DNA from: Escherichia phage Esco_phi_B-01
Strand: one strand, 5' to 3'
Length of the DNA: 64,000 nucleotides
Sequence record: OP292222.1
Shown: piece by piece, positions 30,401-38,964 of the stretch
How the letters are laid out: every line of letters starts with the position of its first letter
How positions within the stretch are numbered: the stretch's first letter is position 1
Notes under the pieces: model-generated
Told to the model about the DNA's origin: nothing
Database searches by the model: none
Seen by the model: the letters and a program-made list of their open reading frames with translations, nothing else
Position numbers and translations under genes: made by a program

Positions 30401-30430
30401 TCTAGTGTGTATAGCCATTTTATGGTTATT

Positions 30431-30464
30431 GGCCCTTCCGAAAGGTTGGGCCCTTTTTGTTTTT
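30431..30464 (+). terminator. intrinsic terminator after the uvsY operon
   Basis: GGCCCttCC-GAAA-GGttGGGCC hairpin followed by CTTTTTGTTTTT. Confidence 0.7.
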
Positions 30465-30690
30465 AGAACTCTTCTTGCTCTTCGTCATCCATAGATTCTA
30501 ATTCAGCCCGTTTACCTGCTAAGGCATCACGAACACTGATATCATCCGAATCTCGAAGTTCAGCTTCTTTACTACGAGTTTTGTAATACTTCTCCAATTC
30601 CTTCAAACCGTCCATGGTCTGACAGGAACTAATTTTAGACATGAAGCTCTCGATAGAGGCTTCATAGATAACTTCTTTAAAGGACTTCAT
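30463..30690 (-). CDS. uvsW.1: UvsW.1 helicase accessory protein
   Basis: 75 aa ORF directly downstream of uvsW, as in T4. Confidence 0.7.
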   Translation of the reverse strand: MKSFKEVIYEASIESFMSKISSCQTMDGLKELEKYYKTRSKEAELRDSDDISVRDALAGKRAELESMDDEEQEEF

Positions 30691-32183
30691 AAATCCACCT
30701 GTTTCATTACGTAATTAAATTTCTCGTCAGCATAACGTTGAATACGTTCTAAGGCATGTTTTAATGCATAATTCAAATGAACATATTTCTTTTTGGCATT
30801 TGCTGATTTAGGCTTAACGCCCATGTCGTCTATAATGTCCCAAACTTGTGCTGTTGATTTAGAAGCATGTTTACGGAGTACACGACCGATTGTCTGGAGT
30901 ACAATGATTTTGGATTTTACCGGATGAGCAAATACAACATGGTGAAGGTTCTTAACGGAAATACCAGTAGAGAACACACCATAACTTGCCACAACAATAA
31001 TACCCTTACCATTTTCCGCCATTACTTTCAGAGCATTACGCGTTTCGGTATTAACTTCACCTGATACGTAATAAACTTCTTTATGTTGCTCTTTAACCAT
31101 TTCAAAAAGAGTTTTACCGTGTTCGATGTTTTTAAACATCAGGAATACGTTCTCTTCTTTCTTAGCGAGTTTAACAGCTAAATTAGCAACCCATTTATTA
31201 CGACGAGTAGCCTTAGTAATGACCTTTATTTCTGATTGGTAATCTTTACCTTTCATCTTAACAGTGAATTCATCCGGATAACGAAGGAAAATACTGTTTA
31301 TTTTTAAATCAGTGACCTGTCCTTCTTCCATTAACTGTGAAGTGGATACCGGCTTAAACACATCACCAAACAAACCCATATATTGCATTAAATTGGCTTT
31401 ACCGTCTTTTAAAGAACCAGACAAACCGAATTTAAACATACAATTGGTTAGGCCTTCGATGATGGTAGAAATTGATTTACCTGTTGCCAAATGGCATTCG
31501 TCGTTCATAAACATACCAAACTGAGCAAACCATTCTTTAGGTTGTTTAATAGCCGTTTGATAAGTTGAAACATAAATCATTGCATCGGAATCACGAGCAG
31601 TACCTGAACGAATACCAAGCATAGCAGCTTTAGGGAACAAACGATAATCAATGAAGTCATTAATCATCTGGTCGACAAGTGCAGTAGTAGGAACTAAGAT
31701 AAGAATTTTACCTTCATAGTTCTCAACGTAATATCGACTCAGGAGCGCCTGAATCAATGATTTACCTGCAGATGTAGGTAAATTCAGAATTGCACGACGT
31801 TTTGTCAGACCGTTGTATACGGCTTCATTCTGATACCAATGTGGCTCAATCTTGGTAGAACCTGAATAAATCTCTTGTGAAGCTACCCATGAGTCAAAAT
31901 CTTCGCGAGAAATATCTTCTTGTTCAAGAATTCGTGGGTCTATCCAAAGAGAGTATTCAAACTGGTCAGCGAATTTTTTAATTTGTGGGACTAGACCATA
32001 CGGAAGTTTACGGTTATAATCTAGAAGACGAATTCTCCCATCCCATTGCCCGTAACGGTATTTAGGGTTAAATTTATATCCATCAGCTTCAAAGCTGAAA
32101 TAGTCTCTGAGTTCGTAGAAGGTGGATTCATCACACTCAACACGAACATGACTAAAATTATCAAAATGTACTTGAATTTGCAT
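30687..32183 (-). CDS. uvsW: UvsW SF2 DNA helicase
   Basis: 498 aa; Walker A NLPTSAGKS and helicase motifs; size as T4 UvsW. Confidence 0.88.
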   Translation of the reverse strand: MQIQVHFDNFSHVRVECDESTFYELRDYFSFEADGYKFNPKYRYGQWDGRIRLLDYNRKLPYGLVPQIKKFADQFEYSLWIDPRILEQEDISREDFDSWVASQEIYSGSTKIEPHWYQNEAVYNGLTKRRAILNLPTSAGKSLIQALLSRYYVENYEGKILILVPTTALVDQMINDFIDYRLFPKAAMLGIRSGTARDSDAMIYVSTYQTAIKQPKEWFAQFGMFMNDECHLATGKSISTIIEGLTNCMFKFGLSGSLKDGKANLMQYMGLFGDVFKPVSTSQLMEEGQVTDLKINSIFLRYPDEFTVKMKGKDYQSEIKVITKATRRNKWVANLAVKLAKKEENVFLMFKNIEHGKTLFEMVKEQHKEVYYVSGEVNTETRNALKVMAENGKGIIVVASYGVFSTGISVKNLHHVVFAHPVKSKIIVLQTIGRVLRKHASKSTAQVWDIIDDMGVKPKSANAKKKYVHLNYALKHALERIQRYADEKFNYVMKQVDL

Positions 32184-32197
32184 GTCTAATTCTCAGT

Positions 32198-32219
32198 TAT
32201 AAATATAATTATATTTATA
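32198..32219. promoter_or_regulatory. divergent late promoters for inh-hoc (+) and uvsW (-)
   Basis: TATAAATA on plus at 32198-32205 and on minus at 32212-32219 in the 55-bp intergenic region. Confidence 0.6.
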
Positions 32220-32238
32220 CACCAACAAGAGACTAATT

Positions 32239-32910
32239 ATGGATACTCAATATATTGAAGAGCTTCGTGCACTCGAAGATAAAAAAGAAGCTAAAGCTAA
32301 GTTAATCGAATACGGCGAACAATTCGGTTTAAAACTTAAGAAAACCCGTTCGTTTGATAATTTGATTATCGATATCTCTGAAGGCCTTAAAGCCTTGGCT
32401 GATGAACCACTTCCAGAAACCGAAGGTTTGTCTATTTCCGATTTGATTGATGCTGCTGACGAACTCACAGGTGCTAATGAATTTGTTGATGGCGCGGAAC
32501 CTGCCAAAGAAGAGGCTACCCTATTATTTGATGCCCCTGAAGCGGTAGTTGAAGTTATTGAGGTAGCCGAACTTCCTAAGGTAGAGATTATTGAAGAAGA
32601 CGTCCCGTTTGTCGAAGAGAAATTCAAAGAGGCTGTAACCAAGGTTATTGAATCGGAAAAACCTGTATTCTCTTTGCCTGAAAACTTTAGCCCTAATCTT
32701 TTACTCATTGGTAAAAACCCAGGGTATTGTACTGTGCCTTGGTGGATTTATCAATGGATTACCGAAACCCCTGATTGGAAAGAGCGTCCTAAAGATTTCC
32801 AACACCCATCTGCCCACCAAACACTATTCAGTCTGATTTATTACATTAATCGTAATGGTTCAGTATTAGTACGTGAAACGCGTAATTCATCTTTCGTAAC
32901 TTTAAAATAA
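32239..32910 (+). CDS. inh: Inh-like protein (inhibitor of prohead protease), by position
   Basis: 223 aa acidic protein directly upstream of hoc, as T4 inh; sequence not confidently recalled. Confidence 0.5.
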   Translation: MDTQYIEELRALEDKKEAKAKLIEYGEQFGLKLKKTRSFDNLIIDISEGLKALADEPLPETEGLSISDLIDAADELTGANEFVDGAEPAKEEATLLFDAPEAVVEVIEVAELPKVEIIEEDVPFVEEKFKEAVTKVIESEKPVFSLPENFSPNLLLIGKNPGYCTVPWWIYQWITETPDWKERPKDFQHPSAHQTLFSLIYYINRNGSVLVRETRNSSFVTLK

Positions 32911-32919
32911 GGGTAAAAT

Positions 32920-34329
32920 ATGGCTTTTACTGTAAGTATAGCCGGCGCTGCGTCTATTAAAATAGGCGAAAGCGCCAACTACACTGCTACCGCAACAGGT
33001 GCAGCTGTAGAAGGAACCGTTACATATGTATGGACCATTGACGGTGCTTCTAATCCGGAGGCAACCAATGTTTTGAAATATACCGGTGTGGCTCCAGCTG
33101 GTAAGAAAGTTTTAAAAGTAGTAGCAACTTCTACTCCAGCCGAAGGCGAACCTGAGGTAGCTGAAAAAACTTTTGAAGTTACCGTAGCTAATAAGACCAT
33201 TGGGGCTCTTTCTTTGACCTTAGACCCTACTTCTGTTTCTAAAGAAATTGGTCAATCCCAAGTTGTTACTGCTAACGTATCGGGTGTCCCTGCTGGCGCT
33301 ACAATTACTTATGTTTGGAAACGTAATACAACTGTAATTTCAGGTCAAACTGGTAAAACTATTACCATAACCGAAGCAGCGGCAGCGAATTACACTTTGA
33401 ACTGTGAAGTTACTGTTACCGCCCCTGAATATGACCCGGCTACAGCTACTAAAGGTATTGCGGTAACTTTTGTTAAGAAAACTATATCAGGCGCTTCCGT
33501 TACTTTAACACCGGCCTCAATTAGTACAGAGAAAGGCTCATCTGCACAGTTTAAAGCGGATGTAGTTGGCGCTCCTTCCGGCGTAAATGCAACTTATTCT
33601 TGGAAGAAAAATGGTTCTATTATTCCGGGCGAAAGCAGTAATACCCTTGCTGTCGATACATCTACAGTAGGTTCTTACACTATTGAAGTTTCGGTAGTCC
33701 TAAAAGGTGCGGATTATAATGATTTAACCGTTACCAAAACCGGAAGTGTAACAATTACTAAAAAGACCATGACAGGTGTTTCTGTTACTTTAGCGCCGGC
33801 CTCTATTAATACTCCGGAAGGAACTCCAGCTTCTTTTAAAGCTACCGTAGCTGGCGCCCCTGCTGGTGCTACTTTTGCATATTCTTGGAAGAAAGATGGT
33901 TCGCCAGTCGCCGGTACCACAGATACTTTAGTAGTCGATACAAGTGCTGAAGGTTCACAGGTTATTGAAGTTTCTGTTGTGGTTTCGGCTACCGACTATA
34001 ATCCTGTGACTGTCAAAAAATCTGGTAATGTAACAATTACGCCTAAAGTCGCTCCTGAACCTGAAGGCGAACTACCTTACGTCCACCCGCTGCCGGTTCG
34101 TAATTCAGCGTATATTTGGGCCGGTTGGTGGGTTATGGATGAAATCCAGAAAATGACACTTGAAGGTAAAGATTGGAAAACTGATGACCCTGATAGCAAT
34201 TATTATCTCCATCGCTATACTCTTCAAAAAATGGTTGCCGATTATCCAGAGGTTGATGTACAAGAATCACGAAATGGAAGAATTATCCATCGTTCGGCTC
34301 TTGACACAGGTATAATTTATTTTTACTAA
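32920..34329 (+). CDS. hoc: Hoc, highly immunogenic outer capsid protein
   Basis: 469 aa; four Ig-like repeats plus C-terminal capsid-binding domain (PEPEGELPYVHPLP...WWVMDEIQKMT.EGKDWKTDDPDS.YYLHRYTLQKM) matching T4 Hoc. Confidence 0.88.
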   Translation: MAFTVSIAGAASIKIGESANYTATATGAAVEGTVTYVWTIDGASNPEATNVLKYTGVAPAGKKVLKVVATSTPAEGEPEVAEKTFEVTVANKTIGALSLTLDPTSVSKEIGQSQVVTANVSGVPAGATITYVWKRNTTVISGQTGKTITITEAAAANYTLNCEVTVTAPEYDPATATKGIAVTFVKKTISGASVTLTPASISTEKGSSAQFKADVVGAPSGVNATYSWKKNGSIIPGESSNTLAVDTSTVGSYTIEVSVVLKGADYNDLTVTKTGSVTITKKTMTGVSVTLAPASINTPEGTPASFKATVAGAPAGATFAYSWKKDGSPVAGTTDTLVVDTSAEGSQVIEVSVVVSATDYNPVTVKKSGNVTITPKVAPEPEGELPYVHPLPVRNSAYIWAGWWVMDEIQKMTLEGKDWKTDDPDSNYYLHRYTLQKMVADYPEVDVQESRNGRIIHRSALDTGIIYFY

Positions 34330-34341
34330 TTTTGGCTAAAT

Positions 34342-34375
34342 AAAAACGGGAGAGCGAAAGCTCTCCCGTTTTGTT
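34342..34375. terminator. bidirectional terminator between convergent hoc genes
   Basis: AAAAA-CGGGAGAGC-GAAA-GCTCTCCCG-TTTTGTT. Confidence 0.85.
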
Positions 34376-35234
34376 ATATGACATTTAATGTCAGGTGCTT
34401 CCTATTCAAAATATACCCATTTCTTGATTCCTGTATTTCTACATCAGGATATCGTGACAAAAGTTCTGCCACTTTTGCGAGCTCACACTTATACCTAAAA
34501 TTGCTATCTTCTATATTGATAGCCCAATCCTGGTTTTTATCAAGGGCACCTTTTATCTCATCCAACACCCACCAGCCTATCCACATGTGGGCCCTATTTC
34601 GGCCACCTGGATAAGACAAATACTGATTTAAATCATGTGAGTATATAAATGGACACACTTCAGGTTCAGGTAAATCACCATCCATAGGCATAATATCTAC
34701 CGTAACTATATCATGATACGGATTATAAGCACCTTCGGCTGTGGCAGAGACATTAAGAGAATATGTCCCATACATAGAAGGCTTTATATCAACATCTAAA
34801 TCCTTTACATTTGAAACCATTTTATCATATTTCCACCATTCACACTCTACTTCGGCCCAGGGTGTGGTACCCATAGAAATTAAAGGTTGTAAAGAAACTT
34901 TTTGACCTATTTCAGCCTTTATGATAGCATCTAAATTTTCTATGGAAATAACTATATCTCTAGGCTCTATCCCGATTTCCAAAACAAAATCTTCGCTTTG
35001 AAAAGTCTCTTGTGTTAGCTTATCAGTGGCTATCGCATAATAAGTCCCTGCTGCAGGAAACCCTACATCCCAAAGATTTAGATACATCGGGTCTTCTTTA
35101 TCTAATAATGGAACGTTTACACCGTTTTTGTACCATTTTATATCGACATCGGTTAAAGATTCAGATAAAACAGCCCTAAGAGTTACCGTTCTCCCAACCA
35201 ATTCATAATGAGGTCCATTTACTTGTATAGACAT
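34374..35234 (-). CDS. Hoc-like paralog
   Basis: 286 aa; C-terminal domain shares the Hoc capsid-binding signature (WIGWWVLDEI, YPDVEIQESRNGYI); SD GGAGG. Confidence 0.75.
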   Translation of the reverse strand: MSIQVNGPHYELVGRTVTLRAVLSESLTDVDIKWYKNGVNVPLLDKEDPMYLNLWDVGFPAAGTYYAIATDKLTQETFQSEDFVLEIGIEPRDIVISIENLDAIIKAEIGQKVSLQPLISMGTTPWAEVECEWWKYDKMVSNVKDLDVDIKPSMYGTYSLNVSATAEGAYNPYHDIVTVDIMPMDGDLPEPEVCPFIYSHDLNQYLSYPGGRNRAHMWIGWWVLDEIKGALDKNQDWAINIEDSNFRYKCELAKVAELLSRYPDVEIQESRNGYILNRKHLTLNVI

Positions 35235-35245
35235 GCTACCTCCAA

Positions 35246-36253
35246 TTAATAAGGGAAACTAACCATTTTAACCAATATAGGTTTATTAGAATCTACACTG
35301 CGCCCGTGTTGAAATACCGTTATTTCTGAAATTGTTTTAGAACCCCATTCCTTTAAGGTTATATTAATAGGACGTAGCCCGTTATATGCCGCACTTACTA
35401 TAACAAATGAGCCTGTAGGAGACAAAGTCTTAGTTCCGCCACCGGTAGTAACCGTTCCACCCGAAACACTAGGAGCAACAAAGTGATAATCACAATATCG
35501 GGTAGTCCCACCTTTACTTAAAATGCTGTATTCTATTTGGTTGTTAACCAATCTAACTCTAAGAACCGTATTGGCGACCCCAGGTATTTTTATTTCGCCG
35601 TACCCAGCAGCAACGTTGGTATACTTATGGAATGAAAACAAATCTGTACCATCTTTACCAGGTTCGCCTTGAGGACCCTGAGGACCTAGAGGGCCAGTAG
35701 CTCCGTCAAGTCCATCAATCCCATCCACCCCAGGAGGACCTTGAACACCTTGCGGACCCTGCTCACCATCTTTACCCGGGATACCCTGTTCGCCTTGTGC
35801 ACCCTGAGAAGCCAATAAGGCCCAGTAAAGGCTGTTTTCTTCAGCAGGATTATTACCGGTAGAATCCTGAACGCAAAAATAAGAAGCCCCATTGTACCCT
35901 ACTGCATCATCCTTAACATAGGCTGTTGCAGCACTCCATGTTCCTTTCCAATTTAGACCCACAGGGCCTACAGGACCAGCCGGGCCTCTCGGTCCTACAA
36001 TGCTTTCACCTTTAGGGCCAGGGATACCAGGGGATAACATTTCTTCGGATATCCCCAAATGAGCCAGAACTTCAGCTCTTCCGGATTTACTAACCAAGCC
36101 TAAGCCATACGAATTACTCCCTACCAATCTTGCCGGGTTTATAAGACTTTCTTTAGTAAGAATTTTTTCAAAAGGGATAACAGTATCCGATTCCTTTAAA
36201 GCAATACCGGAAAAGGTCCCTCGACCGTCATGACCAAAAATAGAATCTGCCAT
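35246..36253 (-). CDS. collagen-like repeat protein with CBM5/12-like motif
   Basis: 335 aa; uninterrupted 17-triplet Gly-X-Y run and a shorter run; between them WKGTWSAATAYVKDDAVGYNGASYFC..YWALL resembles a chitin/carbohydrate-binding module. Confidence 0.75.
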   Translation of the reverse strand: MADSIFGHDGRGTFSGIALKESDTVIPFEKILTKESLINPARLVGSNSYGLGLVSKSGRAEVLAHLGISEEMLSPGIPGPKGESIVGPRGPAGPVGPVGLNWKGTWSAATAYVKDDAVGYNGASYFCVQDSTGNNPAEENSLYWALLASQGAQGEQGIPGKDGEQGPQGVQGPPGVDGIDGLDGATGPLGPQGPQGEPGKDGTDLFSFHKYTNVAAGYGEIKIPGVANTVLRVRLVNNQIEYSILSKGGTTRYCDYHFVAPSVSGGTVTTGGGTKTLSPTGSFVIVSAAYNGLRPINITLKEWGSKTISEITVFQHGRSVDSNKPILVKMVSFPY

Positions 36254-36264
36254 TTAATACTCCT

Positions 36265-36294
36265 GTTTACAAGTTAAAAATCCTATGTTAAGAT
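36265..36294 (+). promoter_or_regulatory. possible early-type promoter
   Basis: GTTTAC (36265-36270), 18-bp spacer, TAAGAT; weaker -10. Confidence 0.35.
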
Positions 36295-36325
36295 GGCTTT
36301 ACCAAACTCAACAAGAGAATTTGTT

Positions 36326-36535
36326 ATGGATAAGGTTAAAGTACATTTTTTACATGAATCTGGACTTAATTTTATAGAAATTGCTAAAAAATTAGGTGGT
36401 ACTGCTAAAGACATGGCTAAAGCATGGGTTGATGTGGAACAGGCCAAGGCCAAATTTAAGTCAAAAGAGAAAGTAGTATATCGCAAACGTCTAATCAATA
36501 AGGTTCGGCGCAAAGCGCGTTCTAGTTCAAAGTAA
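36326..36535 (+). CDS. small basic protein with HTH-like segment (69 aa)
   Basis: ATG 36326 (track start 36293 lies in the promoter -10); early-type promoter upstream; Lys/Arg-rich tail. Confidence 0.45.
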   Translation: MDKVKVHFLHESGLNFIEIAKKLGGTAKDMAKAWVDVEQAKAKFKSKEKVVYRKRLINKVRRKARSSSK

Positions 36536-36563
36536 TATGCTTTAAATTTAGGTGTGTTATAAT
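36536..36563 (+). promoter_or_regulatory. T4 middle-type promoter upstream of rnlB
   Basis: MotA box taTGCTTTA (36536-36544) 13 bp upstream of extended -10 TGTTATAAT (hexamer 36558-36563). Confidence 0.55.
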
Positions 36564-36649
36564 GGGTCTAGGTCCTTCCGTTAAACCATTTGGCTTGGTG
36601 ACAGAAGATTACTAGCTCTTCTATTTAATTATATTTATTATGGTGATTT

Positions 36650-37657
36650 ATGTTCAAGAAATATAGCAGTCTGGAAAACCACTACAACAGTAAGTTTATC
36701 GAAAAACTCCGTACCAATGGTTTGACTGGTGGCGAATGGGTAGCACGTGAGAAGATTCATGGAACCAACTTTAGTTTAATCATAGAACGTGACGCAGTCA
36801 CATGCGCCAAGCGCACGGGTCCAATTCTCCCTGCTGAAGATTTCTATGGTTATGAAATTGTACTTAAGAACTATGCTGATTCTATTAAATCCGTACAAGA
36901 TATTATGGAAACTTCGGCAGCCGTATCTTATCAAGTTTTCGGTGAATTCGCTGGAACAGGCATTCAGAAGAACGTTGATTACGGTGATAAAGATTTTTAT
37001 GTATTTGACATTATTGTTACAACCGAAAGTGGCGATGTGACTTATGTCGACGATTATATGATGGAATCATTTTGTAAGACGTTCAAATTTAAAACGGCGC
37101 CACTTTTAGGTCGTGGTAAATTTGAAGACCTTATTAAATTGCCAAATGATTTGGATTCCGTCCTTCCTGATTATAATTTTACAGTAGATAATGTCGGGCT
37201 AGCCGAAGCTAATGCTCATGTGTGGAATGCTGAAGCAAAAGGCGAAGTATTTACCGCTGAAGGGTACGTATTAAAACCTTGTTATCCACTTTGGCTCCCT
37301 AATGGAAATCGTGTAGCGATTAAATGTAAGAACTCTAAATTCAGCGAGAAGAAAAAGTCTGATAAGCCTATTAAAGTTGCAGTAGTATTATCTCAAGACG
37401 ATTTAGATTTATTACAACAATTCACTGATTATGTGACTGTTAACCGTATTAACAACGTTATCAGTAAGATTGGTGAAGTATCACCTAAAGATTTCGGAAA
37501 GGTAATGGGACTGACGGTCCAAGATATTTTGGAAGAGGCAGCCCGTGAAGAATTAGAATTAACCGATGCAGAAAACCCTGTTGAAGTTAAAAAGCAGCTC
37601 GTTGAGTGTGTAAAAGATACGCTACGGGCCGTGTGGATTGAATTAGTATCCAAATAA
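36650..37657 (+). CDS. rnlB: RNA ligase 2
   Basis: 335 aa; N-terminus near-identical to T4 Rnl2 including motif I KIHGTN. Confidence 0.92.
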   Translation: MFKKYSSLENHYNSKFIEKLRTNGLTGGEWVAREKIHGTNFSLIIERDAVTCAKRTGPILPAEDFYGYEIVLKNYADSIKSVQDIMETSAAVSYQVFGEFAGTGIQKNVDYGDKDFYVFDIIVTTESGDVTYVDDYMMESFCKTFKFKTAPLLGRGKFEDLIKLPNDLDSVLPDYNFTVDNVGLAEANAHVWNAEAKGEVFTAEGYVLKPCYPLWLPNGNRVAIKCKNSKFSEKKKSDKPIKVAVVLSQDDLDLLQQFTDYVTVNRINNVISKIGEVSPKDFGKVMGLTVQDILEEAAREELELTDAENPVEVKKQLVECVKDTLRAVWIELVSK

Positions 37658-37662
37658 ACAGT

Positions 37663-37690
37663 AAAGGGACCTTACGGTCCCTTTTATTTT
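37663..37690. terminator. bidirectional terminator between rnlB and the gene 24 operon
   Basis: GGGACC-TTAC-GGTCCC hairpin flanked by AAA and TTTTATTTTT. Confidence 0.8.
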
Positions 37691-38964
37691 TCTAGTGGTG
37701 GAAGTTTAACACCAAGATAAGAACTCAACTGGCTTTGGTTAGCCATTTTGTCCATATCAGAGCCATCAATAATGCGGGCTTCTTTATCGTCCTTAGCGAC
37801 GGTATAAGGGTTTGCAGTCAATGCATAACGAGCAAGCAATGCTACTGTAGGTTGTAAGCTTTCCGGGTCAACAATAACCTTAAATTCACCTACTGAAGTA
37901 TCACCTTCTTCATCAACCACATCCAAACCTTCCGTATAAGGCGCATAATATAAAGATGCGACCGTCTGTCCTTCACCCATCTGGGCATTTACACCAACAA
38001 TAACATAATCACATGGACTATTCATATCAGCATAAAGAGGCAGACCATTCTTTAATACACCATAGGCCAATTCGTCTTGGTCTTCCTTTTTCTCAACCCA
38101 ACCGGAAGCGGCGAGAATAGCAGCACAACGAGAACTAGCTACTGCATAAGTCCCAGCGAAAGAAGTTTGACGTTGGACGGCAGAGTTCATCTCACACATG
38201 TAATAATATAATGTACGAGCACGGTCCTGGGCGTTATCGTAACGTGGGTTGGTAAGGTCTAATACACCTTTTTCAGAAACACCTTGGACTTTAAAACGAG
38301 AACTCACCGTAATTAATGACTGTAATACATCCTTATTAATTTCTTCTGCCATTTGGATGCCTAGCAGATTTTCAACGAAATTAGGAGCATTAAACCCGTT
38401 TGATTCTAGGTCCTGGGCTAATTCGACTGTCAATGAAGTTTTCAGTTTACGTGATTTAACTTCAGATTGCCATTTATCAATACGGAAGCCTGCTTCAGCA
38501 ATTTCAGGATGGCCTTGTTCGAATTTAGAAGTAATAGCAGCATCCGATACCATACGAATATGTCCGGCTGCCACTGCTTCAGAAATAACTTCACCGAGGT
38601 CGGTTTCTGTGGTTCCAGCGAAAGGAGATGCTTCTAGAACTTTAAACACCACACTTTCAAACTGGAACATATCGCCGGCTGCATAAGCTGTAGACGAATC
38701 GGCAAATTCAGGAATATTTTCACGTTCCGACATACCAATCTGGCCCGCAAATGTAGCACCACCAAGATAAGTCATTTTGTCGTCAGGGTTAAGTACACGA
38801 ACCCCGTACAGAGCAGCAACAGGTTGGCTTGTTTTTTGTTCAGCAACTAGGGCTTTAAAGATTCGTTTATTAGTTGCTTGGGTGTATGAAAGAAGAGCAG
38901 GACGGCCAACCGAGTTGGCAGCCGTCAATGTGGATTCTTTAATTAGGTCTATAATCTTAGACAT
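37684..38964 (-). CDS. gp24-like capsid vertex protein paralog
   Basis: 426 aa; roughly half identical by eye to the adjacent gp24 (shared blocks RKLKT.LTVELAQD.ESNGF, INKDVLQSLITVS, ANPYTVAKDDKEAR); overlaps gp24 stop. Confidence 0.8.
   Translation of the reverse strand: MSKIIDLIKESTLTAANSVGRPALLSYTQATNKRIFKALVAEQKTSQPVAALYGVRVLNPDDKMTYLGGATFAGQIGMSERENIPEFADSSTAYAAGDMFQFESVVFKVLEASPFAGTTETDLGEVISEAVAAGHIRMVSDAAITSKFEQGHPEIAEAGFRIDKWQSEVKSRKLKTSLTVELAQDLESNGFNAPNFVENLLGIQMAEEINKDVLQSLITVSSRFKVQGVSEKGVLDLTNPRYDNAQDRARTLYYYMCEMNSAVQRQTSFAGTYAVASSRCAAILAASGWVEKKEDQDELAYGVLKNGLPLYADMNSPCDYVIVGVNAQMGEGQTVASLYYAPYTEGLDVVDEEGDTSVGEFKVIVDPESLQPTVALLARYALTANPYTVAKDDKEARIIDGSDMDKMANQSQLSSYLGVKLPPLEK

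Noticed and set aside
32247-32708. 153-aa minus-strand ORF
   Set aside because: Antisense to inh; Ser-rich low-complexity.
36283-36513. 76-aa minus-strand ORF
   Set aside because: Overlaps the plus-strand small HTH-like ORF that has an upstream early-type promoter; no SD for the minus frame.
38249-38686. 145-aa plus-strand ORF
   Set aside because: Antisense to the gp24 paralog.
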